Part shown: positions 57,732-64,000 of the stretch, in pieces
How positions within the stretch are numbered: the stretch's first letter is position 1
How the letters are laid out: each line of letters starts with the position of its first letter
Source: Desulfobacteraceae bacterium UBA5852
GTDB lineage: Bacteria; Desulfobacterota; Desulfobacteria; Desulfobacterales; UBA5852
Reading direction: 5' to 3'
Assembly (NCBI GenBank): GCA_002432195.1
Contig: DJGG01000132.1
Span: 34,407-98,406, forward strand
Length of the DNA stretch: 64,000 bases
Position numbers and translations under genes: made by a program
Notes under the pieces: generated by a model
Database searches by the model: none
What the model saw: the letters and a program-made list of their open reading frames with translations, nothing else
Told to the model about the DNA's origin: nothing

Positions 57732-58202
57732 ATGCGGTGTGTGAGCATGTGGGAGCCTTGGGCCTGGTGCATCTTCCGGGCCGGGAAGCTGGTGGAGAAC
57801 AGGCCATGGAAGCTGCCCCTGGGGGCGATCGTCATTCAGGCAGCCAAGCGCTATGACGAGAGCGGAGCGCGCTACCTGCGGCAGGTGATGGGGATCGCCG
57901 TGCCGGAGGCCCGCGAGCTCGTCATGGGGGCCCTGGTGGGAGTGGTGCGGGTGGTGGGGCACACCCGGGAGAGCGGATCCCCATGGGCCCAACCGGACTG
58001 CTGGCACAACCTGCTGGCCGACCCTCAGGAGTTCCCGCGGCGAATCCCCTGGCGTGGGCGGCAGGGGGTGTTTTGGGTGCCGATCTGCGAAACGTGCGGG
58101 GCCGTGCCGGAGACGATGCTATTAACCATGCCGGAAGCGGAGAGGGCGGGCTGGGTGTATGCCGCAAGGCAATGGCGCTGCCAGGCGTGCGGGGCGGTAT
58201 AA
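57732..58202 (+). CDS. ASCH (PUA-like) domain protein
   Basis: 156 aa. SMWEPWAWCIFRAGKLVENRPWKLPLGAIVIQAAKR is the typical ASCH N-terminus. Confidence 0.6.
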   Translation: MRCVSMWEPWAWCIFRAGKLVENRPWKLPLGAIVIQAAKRYDESGARYLRQVMGIAVPEARELVMGALVGVVRVVGHTRESGSPWAQPDCWHNLLADPQEFPRRIPWRGRQGVFWVPICETCGAVPETMLLTMPEAERAGWVYAARQWRCQACGAV

Positions 58203-58235
58203 GAGCCGCGGGCAGGCAACGGGGGAGAACAAGAA

Positions 58236-58475
58236 ATGTCGTATTTCAATGCGGACCAACAAGATCACATAAGAAGCCTGGCCAAAATTCCGCCCGAAAA
58301 AAGGTGCTGGTGCGGGTGGTATCCAGCGGGAAAGTGCGAGGCCGGGACCAAATGCCCGCCAAACAAAACGTGCGCCGACAAGATGGCCGCATGGTGCCCG
58401 GAGTGCCACAGCGCCCCAATGAATTTCGGGGCAGGCGAACTCGTGCATCGTGTCGGGTGCTCGCGTAAACCATAG
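58236..58475 (+). CDS. Cys-rich small protein
   Basis: 79 aa containing nine Cys (CWCGWYPAGKCEAGTKCPPNKTCADKMAAWCPEC...C). Confidence 0.45.
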   Translation: MSYFNADQQDHIRSLAKIPPEKRCWCGWYPAGKCEAGTKCPPNKTCADKMAAWCPECHSAPMNFGAGELVHRVGCSRKP

Positions 58476-58502
58476 CCGCCCAGAGCGGCGGGGAGGGACA
58501 CC

Positions 58503-58814
58503 ATGTACGTCGGACAAACGACCAAAGCGCAGCTTCAGGACCGGCTTCCCCCCTGGCGGTGGGTGGCCGTCGAAATGACCCCCCAGGACATGACTTCGGC
58601 CATCCTGCGAGCCGGGACGATTGATCCCCATGCCGGCATGCGGCGCCTGCATACCGAGTTGGCCAACATCGCCAAGGAGCGCATCGGCTACCGGTCGGAT
58701 GTCCCCAGGGCATGCGCCGTGGCGGCGGGCCGCCCGCGGGGCGCCGTGGAGACCCCTGGCACAACCGTCTACCTCGACCGCCGGCCGAAGAGTCTGCTCC
58801 TGAAACAGTTCTGA
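58503..58814 (+). CDS. Hypothetical protein
   Basis: 103 aa, normal composition. Confidence 0.45.
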   Translation: MYVGQTTKAQLQDRLPPWRWVAVEMTPQDMTSAILRAGTIDPHAGMRRLHTELANIAKERIGYRSDVPRACAVAAGRPRGAVETPGTTVYLDRRPKSLLLKQF

Positions 58815-58826
58815 AGGAGGGGGGCC

Positions 58827-58976
58827 ATGCCGGTTTTCACCTACACCTGCAAGAACTGCAATCGCCGCCTGGGCACCGACCGCCCGGATCTGCAAATCTG
58901 CATCCGGTGCGGCGGCATCTATGAGAAGCGCGACGATACGCCGAGGGTCAAGGTTTCGGAAGCGCGGCCGTCGTAG
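58827..58976 (+). CDS. Zinc-ribbon miniprotein
   Basis: 49-aa ORF below the track cutoff: MPVFTYTCKNCNRRLGTDRPDLQICIRCGGIYEKR (CxxC...CxxC), with AAGGAGG upstream. Confidence 0.45.
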   Translation: MPVFTYTCKNCNRRLGTDRPDLQICIRCGGIYEKRDDTPRVKVSEARPS

Positions 58977-59115
58977 GCACCTGCGTACGCCTCCAGGGGT
59001 CGCCGGCCGCCGATAACCCAGCCAACAAAGGGCGCTCCGGGTGCGCGGGTGGAGCAACCATTACGGAAAGCGACCCACGCGGCCAAACCAATTGCCGAGA
59101 AAGGGCGGGAAACTG

Positions 59116-59220
59116 ATGGACTTCAAGGCGGCCTGGGTGATCATCCTACTTGCGGGAACAGTCTGCGCTGTGGTCCTATTAGTTACGCTGACCATTGTGG
59201 CGGTAGCCAAGCACTTCTAA
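59116..59220 (+). CDS. Possible 34-aa single-helix membrane peptide
   Basis: MDFKAAWVIILLAGTVCAVVLLVTLTIVAVAKHF, with GGGCGGGA upstream. Speculative. Confidence 0.3.
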   Translation: MDFKAAWVIILLAGTVCAVVLLVTLTIVAVAKHF

Positions 59221-59242
59221 CCAGGGAGAAAGGAGGCAGATC

Positions 59243-59608
59243 ATGACCGAGGAACCCATGCCCTATGAAGCCGCAGCACAGGAAAAGGTGCTCGTTCTCG
59301 AAGACATCGGCCTGCGCGTGCGCCACAGGGTGGTCAACGGAGTACAATTGACCACTGTCGAGGATGAAGACTGCGAAGAACTGTTTTCCATCCGCGGACG
59401 TCACCTTACCAGAGTCGAAGCCAGGGCCTGCTATTCGGCTTACGGGAATGGTTTTGCCCGAGGGAAAGCCCAGGGGTTGGATGAGGCAACGGAAAAATTC
59501 CTGGCCCCCATTCGGCTAATCGGCCGGGCCCTGGGGGACGGCTTGGGAGAAAGCAAGGTCTCCGATGCTCTCTGGAATGCTTTGGACAACTTAAGGGCGG
59601 TGCGGTAA
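59243..59608 (+). CDS. Hypothetical protein
   Basis: 121 aa, with GGAGG upstream. Confidence 0.5.
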   Translation: MTEEPMPYEAAAQEKVLVLEDIGLRVRHRVVNGVQLTTVEDEDCEELFSIRGRHLTRVEARACYSAYGNGFARGKAQGLDEATEKFLAPIRLIGRALGDGLGESKVSDALWNALDNLRAVR

Positions 59609-59728
59609 CGATGAGTCCCATCATCAGGCCCACCTATCGGGCACGGGTAGGCCCTAAAAGAAGAGTTGTGCTATTATTGCAGGGTCATGAAGGCGGCTTC
59701 TGAACTTCAACCCAAGGAGAAAAAGACC

Positions 59729-60169
59729 ATGAGAAAGTTGTCCTGCGCCGTCGTCGTCTTGGCCCTGTTGCTGATCGGGTGCGCATCAAGCCTCGTCGGA
59801 CAAATAGTGGCGCCCTATAAGCCTGATTGGTGCCTGGTGAACTACACCTTTCCGACATCCTGCGCGGTGAATTTGCAGCACTTCGAAATCCCCTTTCGGG
59901 TCGACCGGGTCGCCGGCGAGCCGGATACCTATATGGTCGAGGGAGCCCTCGATGCGACCAAGGGCGAATTGCGGAGCTGGACCAGGGTATTGATGTGGCA
60001 GAGCAGCTTCAGGATGCTGGTGGTCTCCCATGGGAGAGTCGTGGAGGACATCAGCTTTATGCCGCGAAGAGAGGAGCTTTCCCAACCGCTGCCCTTTATG
60101 GTGAAATTCCGGACTGACAAGGAAATCGAGGCCATCGGATTCAAGTACGATATCAAGATGCAACAGTAG
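59729..60169 (+). CDS. Lipoprotein
   Basis: ATG 59729 with AAGGAGA upstream. MRKLSCAVVVLALLLIGCASS is a signal peptide with an L-I-G-C lipobox. 146 aa. Confidence 0.6.
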   Translation: MRKLSCAVVVLALLLIGCASSLVGQIVAPYKPDWCLVNYTFPTSCAVNLQHFEIPFRVDRVAGEPDTYMVEGALDATKGELRSWTRVLMWQSSFRMLVVSHGRVVEDISFMPRREELSQPLPFMVKFRTDKEIEAIGFKYDIKMQQ

Positions 60170-60226
60170 TCGGGGCACCCTGCCCCGGGTCGTCGGGGGC
60201 CCGGGGCAGGCCCTGGAGTTTGCAGC

Positions 60227-60430
60227 ATGGCGAATCCCTCCTTCTTGGAAAAGATCGACCTCTACAACCGAATTTCGGACGCTCTGGAGGGCATTCCGGG
60301 CGTGGAGATTCGTCTGGAGCTGGAAGGCCCTGGGTCCGGCATCAAAATCATGTGCCACGATCTTCGGCAGCGCACCCGGATATTCACCGCTATCCAGGCG
60401 GTGATGACGGGGGGAGGAATACATGGGTAA
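60227..60430 (+). CDS. Hypothetical small protein
   Basis: 67 aa, normal composition. Confidence 0.4.
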   Translation: MANPSFLEKIDLYNRISDALEGIPGVEIRLELEGPGSGIKIMCHDLRQRTRIFTAIQAVMTGGGIHG

Positions 60431-60620
60431 GAGCGAATTTAAGTGGCGCTGCCCGATCTGTTCCGGAGGGGAAGACGACTGCGTGTGCCCCGATTGCCCC
60501 GAGTGCGGGGAACGCGGGAATCCTATCTGCTACCGGGAGCACGGCATGATGGTGAGCGACTTCCAGCGGGCGCACAAGGAAGCCGTCGAGGCGTCACATG
60601 CCGAGGGAGGCGAGGATTGA
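60423..60620 (+). CDS. Cys-rich zinc-binding miniprotein
   Basis: 65 aa. WRCPICSGGEDDCVCPDCPECGERGNPIC. Confidence 0.45.
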   Translation: MGKSEFKWRCPICSGGEDDCVCPDCPECGERGNPICYREHGMMVSDFQRAHKEAVEASHAEGGED

Positions 60621-60763
60621 TCCCCGGTGCAACCAAGGGCCGGGGGGCTCCTGGGCGGGAGAAGACCGTGTTTTGCGCGGCCCCTCTTCGGCGCCCTGGC
60701 GGACGCCTGGGCAGGCTGCTTACCCGGAAGGGCTTTTTACTACAAGGCGAAGGGGGCGGACAA

Positions 60764-60949
60764 GTGCCAGCCGCAAAAACCCGGTGGACCCATGTGTTTG
60801 CGTGGAGCAACAACCCGAAACGGGCGCAGCTGCAAGGGCGGCGCTGCCGGATCGTGGCGGCTGGCAAGATGGGTTCGTGCCTCGTTGAGTTCGAGGGCGG
60901 CGGCCGGGAGATCATTTCCTTCCGGGCGCTAAAGAAGATCCACGCATAG
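60764..60949 (+). CDS. Possible small protein
   Basis: GTG 60764 with GAAGGGGG upstream. 61 aa (…RRCRIVAAGKMGSCLVEFEGGGREIISFRALKKI). The upstream part of the listed 168-aa ORF is R/G-rich shadow. Confidence 0.35.
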   Translation: MPAAKTRWTHVFAWSNNPKRAQLQGRRCRIVAAGKMGSCLVEFEGGGREIISFRALKKIHA

Positions 60950-60963
60950 GCAAGGGGGCAACC

Positions 60964-61158
60964 ATGGCGATCTGCAAGGGCTGCGGAGCGCGGATTGAGT
61001 GGCTGACCATGGAGGAATCCGGGAAGGCCATGCCCGTCGATGCCAATCCGGCCAAGGTGGTGGTCGATGTTGGGCCCGGCAAGGGCTATCGGTTGGTCAA
61101 CGCCTGGACGCCCCATTGGGCCACCTGCCCCAAAGCCAAGGAGTTCAAAAAGCCCTGA
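60964..61158 (+). CDS. Zinc-ribbon-like small protein
   Basis: 64 aa. CKGCGARIEW...HWATCP. Confidence 0.5.
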   Translation: MAICKGCGARIEWLTMEESGKAMPVDANPAKVVVDVGPGKGYRLVNAWTPHWATCPKAKEFKKP

Positions 61159-61409
61159 TGTTGCAGTATGCCGACATCACAGCCTTGGCTGATCAGGTGG
61201 CCCGGATGGTGGCCGACCGTTTGGCCGCTGGCTGCGCCCCGGGCCGCTGGCTTACCCTCAAGGAAGCCATGGCCTACGCCAAAGTTCGCTCCAGAGACAC
61301 CATGATGCGCTGGATCGACCAAGGATTCATCTATGCTTTCAGACGCTCCGGCGAGTGGATCGTGGACCGTGAGTCCATCGACGCCTGGTTCCTCAGCGAG
61401 CGGGATTGA
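61158..61409 (+). CDS. xis: Excisionase-type HTH DNA-binding protein
   Basis: ATG 61158 overlaps the upstream TGA. RWLTLKEAMAYAKVRSRDTMMRWIDQGFIYAFRRSGEWIVDRESIDAW is the excisionase-family winged-helix pattern. Immediately upstream of int. Confidence 0.7.
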   Translation: MLQYADITALADQVARMVADRLAAGCAPGRWLTLKEAMAYAKVRSRDTMMRWIDQGFIYAFRRSGEWIVDRESIDAWFLSERD

Positions 61410-61415
61410 CACCGA

Positions 61416-62489
61416 TTGCCGAGATCTGGCATGGAGGCATTCATGGGCATCGGTGACCCCCGCATCTGGACTGACCCCAACAGCGGCATCCACTATGCCT
61501 TGTGGCAGGAGGATGGTCAAACCCGCCGCAAAACGCTGCGCACCCGCGACCAAAGGATCGCGCAGCGTCGCCTGAACAACTTCCGCAGGGACATGCTTGC
61601 CGGCCGCGTCCGGACCATTGCCACAGGCCCGACAGTGCTCCTGGACAAGTTCGTCAAGGAATTCCTGGAGCATATCGAGGCCCGGGTTTCGGACGGCGCC
61701 TACACGGTCTACGCGAACGCCTTAGCTAAAGCTCAGTCCTGCTGGGGCAACCCCCCCATGCGTCAACTCACGGGTCGCCACGTCGAGCGCCTGCAAACCG
61801 ATCTGCTCAAAGCTGGCCTGGTGCCAGCCACCGTCAACAAGGTGATTCGTCACCTCAAGGTGGCCTTGCGGGCGGCCATCCGTTGGAAATACATGCCCCC
61901 CGTGGTTGAATGGCCGCCCATGCTCAAGATCCCCAAGCGAATCCGCTACCTTACCGCCGAGCAGATTCGAGCGTTGCTCTCAGCCATCGACGACCCGGAG
62001 TTTTATGACGTGGTCCTGCTGGCGCTCTACACCGGGCTGCGTTCGGGGGAGATCCTGCGCCTTAAGTTTTCCGATGTGGACAACCCACAAGGGTTTCTGC
62101 GCATCTCAGCCAAGCAGAAAAACCGGATCGAGTCCCGTATCCCCATCAACACCACAACTCGAACGGTTTTGGAGCGCTGCGCGGCCAGGCGACCAGGCAT
62201 GAGCACCATCACCCGCTTCTCCTGCCTCACCTGGGTGAGCCAAAAATTTAAAAAGTACGCCAGGGAGGCGGGCCTTGGCAGTTTCCGCTTCCACGACCTT
62301 CGGCATACCTTCGCCAGCCACCTGACCATTGCCGGGGAGGGAATCCGTCAGATCCAGGAGCTCATGCGCCACGAGTCCCTGGCCTCGACCATGGTCTATT
62401 CTGACCTGGCCCCGGAATCCCTTCGAGCCCCGTCCGAACGCCTTTCCTATGGCCCCCTGCCGGCCCCAAAAGCGAAGGGGCGGCGATAG
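61416..62489 (+). CDS. int: Tyrosine recombinase (phage integrase)
   Basis: 357 aa. Catalytic residues in LYTGLRSGEILRL (R), FHDLRHTFASHL (HxxR) and LMRHESLASTMVYSDL (H...Y). The true start may be ATG 61431. Confidence 0.9.
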   Translation: MPRSGMEAFMGIGDPRIWTDPNSGIHYALWQEDGQTRRKTLRTRDQRIAQRRLNNFRRDMLAGRVRTIATGPTVLLDKFVKEFLEHIEARVSDGAYTVYANALAKAQSCWGNPPMRQLTGRHVERLQTDLLKAGLVPATVNKVIRHLKVALRAAIRWKYMPPVVEWPPMLKIPKRIRYLTAEQIRALLSAIDDPEFYDVVLLALYTGLRSGEILRLKFSDVDNPQGFLRISAKQKNRIESRIPINTTTRTVLERCAARRPGMSTITRFSCLTWVSQKFKKYAREAGLGSFRFHDLRHTFASHLTIAGEGIRQIQELMRHESLASTMVYSDLAPESLRAPSERLSYGPLPAPKAKGRR

Positions 62490-62546
62490 TGCCACCCCCT
62501 GCAAATTTCATTAGAGCGAGTTTTAAATGCAATGATTACAGTACTA

Positions 62547-63329
62547 TTATCCGGATTTTAAGTCCCTTGCGTCTACCTGTTCCGCCACCCGGGCCCGTCG
62601 GTCTGTGGAGGACTGCTGGCTTTTAGCGGCCGGCCGCCCATCTGTCAAGGTGCCCGCCGACGGCTCCGGATCGGCGTGCGGGCGGATGGTCAGGGCATGC
62701 AGGACGCCATGGCAACGGCAGGCCGTGGCCACCAGGCAAGGGCCGCCGCCCGCCGATTGCGCGACCGCCTCCCGGAGATCCTGGGGGGGGTAGCCGCCGA
62801 CTCCGGGGGCGAGTTGGCGGCTGCGGATCACTACCAGCGTCCACCCCGGATGGTGCTGCCGCTCCAAGAAGGGACCAATCTCCACGGGTCGGGGGCGACC
62901 GGTGACGGTGCAATGGGTCTGGGGCTCAGGGCAGTCGTCGGGGCAGCGGTGGCGCGCAACGCTCACGTAAACCGCGCCCTCCTGTCCGTGGATCACCACG
63001 GGGATCCCGGCCAGCAACGCCTCAGGCACCTCCGCCGGCCCGGGGATCACGCGGGTTCCCAGTTTTCGCCGAAGCCATTCGTAGGCCAGATGACGTGGCA
63101 GGGCGGGAACGATCCAGGCAGGTCCGCCGGAAGGCGGCAGATTGCGGATCAAAAAGTCCACGCCGTCGCATGGCGCGACGCGGTAACCCTCGGCCGCCAA
63201 GCCTTGGAGGGCCATTTCGTCCCGGTCCACGATCAGCAGCTTTTCCCGGCCCCAAAGCGCCCCCAGGCGATGGGCCGCCAGGCGTCCAAAGCGGCCGGCG
63301 CCGATGATCCAGATGCGTTCCGGGTGCAT
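62547..63329 (-). CDS. Rossmann-fold NAD(P)-binding protein (host gene)
   Basis: 260 aa. N-terminal RIWIIGAGRFGRLAAHRL (GxGxxG). The last roughly 16 codons run through the tRNA-Leu fragment and the stop lies in phage-side DNA. Confidence 0.6.
   Translation of the reverse strand: MHPERIWIIGAGRFGRLAAHRLGALWGREKLLIVDRDEMALQGLAAEGYRVAPCDGVDFLIRNLPPSGGPAWIVPALPRHLAYEWLRRKLGTRVIPGPAEVPEALLAGIPVVIHGQEGAVYVSVARHRCPDDCPEPQTHCTVTGRPRPVEIGPFLERQHHPGWTLVVIRSRQLAPGVGGYPPQDLREAVAQSAGGGPCLVATACRCHGVLHALTIRPHADPEPSAGTLTDGRPAAKSQQSSTDRRARVAEQVDARDLKSG
62553..62594 (-). tRNA. tRNA-Leu(UAA), 5' portion only (truncated after the anticodon loop)
   Basis: The minus strand reads GCCCGGG-TG-GCGGAACAGGTAGACGC-A-AGGGA-CTTAAAA-TCC. 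This matches the acceptor, D-arm, anticodon stem and loop of bacterial tRNA-Leu(UAA). After TCC the sequence (GGATAATAGTAC...) no longer pairs, and no variable arm, T-arm or 3' acceptor follows. Confidence 0.6.
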
Positions 63330-63509
63330 GTCCTAAGCTTGTGTCCCGTTCCCGGCAGCCACGCCCCGCCGGCGATGCGGGCTGCCGGCATGCGCTTGGC
63401 GCTCGGCGGGCCCATGCCGCCGGGGCCTGCTGGGCGGCGGGTGGCGCGCTGGAGCGCGGCCCGGTGGGCCCAACTTGTCAAACCGACGGGCATTTGTTAA
63501 GGAGGCGCC

Positions 63510-64000
63510 ATGCCGCTCCACGTCACCAACGCGCCTCTGATCCTGGCCTCCCAGTCCCCCCGCCGGCGGTACCTGCTGCAAAAAGCCGGCCTGCGGTTTC
63601 TGGTCCGCCCCAGCGATGTGGACGAAAGCGGCTTCATGGTCTCCGATCCGGCCGGCGAGGTCCAACGCCTGGCCGAAACCAAGGCCCTCCAGGTGGCGCA
63701 CAACCACCCCGGCCACTGGGTCATCGGGGCGGACACCGTGGTGGTGGTGGAGGGCCGGGTGATGGGCAAGCCGGCCTCCGTTGCCGAGGCCCGGGATATG
63801 CTGCGGCGCCTGAGCGGCGCGACCCATCAGGTCTACACCGGTTTCTGCATCTGCCGCAAGGCCGCCGCGGCGCGCTTCCAGGATACGGTCTGCACCGATG
63901 TGACCTTCAAGGATCTCACGGCGCGCGAAATCGAGTGGTATATTCACTCCGGCGAACCCTTCGACAAGGCCGGCGCCTATGCCATTCAGGGAATCGGAAC
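63510..64000 (+). CDS. maf: Maf-like nucleoside-triphosphate pyrophosphatase (partial, runs off window)
   Basis: ATG 63510 with GGAGG upstream. LILASQSPRRRYLLQKAGL...VIGADTVVVVEGRVMGKP...EPFDKAGAYAIQG matches Maf. Not in the ORF track because no stop occurs within the window. Confidence 0.9.
   Translation, partial: MPLHVTNAPLILASQSPRRRYLLQKAGLRFLVRPSDVDESGFMVSDPAGEVQRLAETKALQVAHNHPGHWVIGADTVVVVEGRVMGKPASVAEARDMLRRLSGATHQVYTGFCICRKAAAARFQDTVCTDVTFKDLTAREIEWYIHSGEPFDKAGAYAIQGIG

Larger units (their letters stand above)
1..62552. mobile_element. Integrated temperate podovirus-like prophage (left end lies beyond window start)
   Basis: Contiguous terminase, portal, scaffold, capsid, tail, ejection, lysis, replication, recombination, XRE switch, excisionase and tyrosine integrase genes. 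The integrase-proximal junction abuts a truncated tRNA-Leu at 62553. Host-like genes (Rossmann protein, Maf) follow. No left att site is seen in the window. Confidence 0.75.

Noticed and set aside
62490-62552. Search for the variable arm, T-arm and 3' acceptor strand of tRNA-Leu next to the 5' fragment, and for the matching half in 1-2000.
   Set aside because: No GGTTCRANNCC-type T-loop or CCCGGGC acceptor complement was found by eye in either place. Only the 5' fragment is therefore reported.
1-64000. CRISPR arrays, reverse transcriptase/DGR template-variable repeat pairs, transposases, rRNA or intact tRNA genes.
   Set aside because: I found no spaced direct repeats, no RT motifs (YxDD) in credible frames, no transposase-like ORFs, and no complete cloverleaf-compatible sequence while reading both strands. 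A computational scan would be needed to be certain.

Overview
The window is almost entirely one GC-rich temperate prophage (about 1-62552, left end not reached). Host genes follow on the right: a Rossmann-fold protein and maf. All calls rest on reading the ORF translations and DNA by eye; no searches were run, so family names are motif-level recognitions. Layout: (i) 1-1850, an AT-rich cargo island with two single-pass membrane proteins. (ii) 1961-39814, minus strand, one long late operon of tightly packed genes, many joined by ATGA/GTGA stop-start overlaps. Its transcription order is small ORF, TerS, TerL, portal, scaffold, N4-gp56-type capsid, tail genes (four in a row with signal-peptide-like N-termini), Gly-rich and coiled-coil ejection-type proteins, a 4,596-codon polyvalent ORF, then a lysis cassette. 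The polyvalent ORF carries N6-adenine methylase, strawberry-notch-type helicase, RadC/JAB and HExxH peptidase modules. (iii) 40139-46643, plus strand, a lower-GC restriction-modification island: RHH, Vsr, two C5-cytosine methylases, and a 1,091-aa nuclease/gamma-methylase/TRD fusion. (iv) An IHF/HU gene, then a leftward replication module (VRR-NUC, SSB, iteron-bearing replication protein), divergent XRE regulators and a rightward early operon (PD-ExK nuclease, HNH, ASCH, zinc-ribbon miniproteins, lipoprotein). (v) Excisionase, a tyrosine integrase and a truncated tRNA-Leu at the junction. The observations most worth follow-up are listed here. First, a compositionally normal 143-codon ORF with its own Shine-Dalgarno sits in the +1 frame exactly where the giant ORF encodes a low-complexity linker, and the codon bias switches frame there. 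Second, the R-M fusion protein has motif IV reading NPPS instead of NPP(Y/F/W) and is partnered with two m5C methylases and Vsr. Third, a roughly 110-bp diverged duplication of the IHF leader marks the 3' border of both low-GC islands. Fourth, the tRNA-Leu is not regenerated at the integrase-proximal junction.
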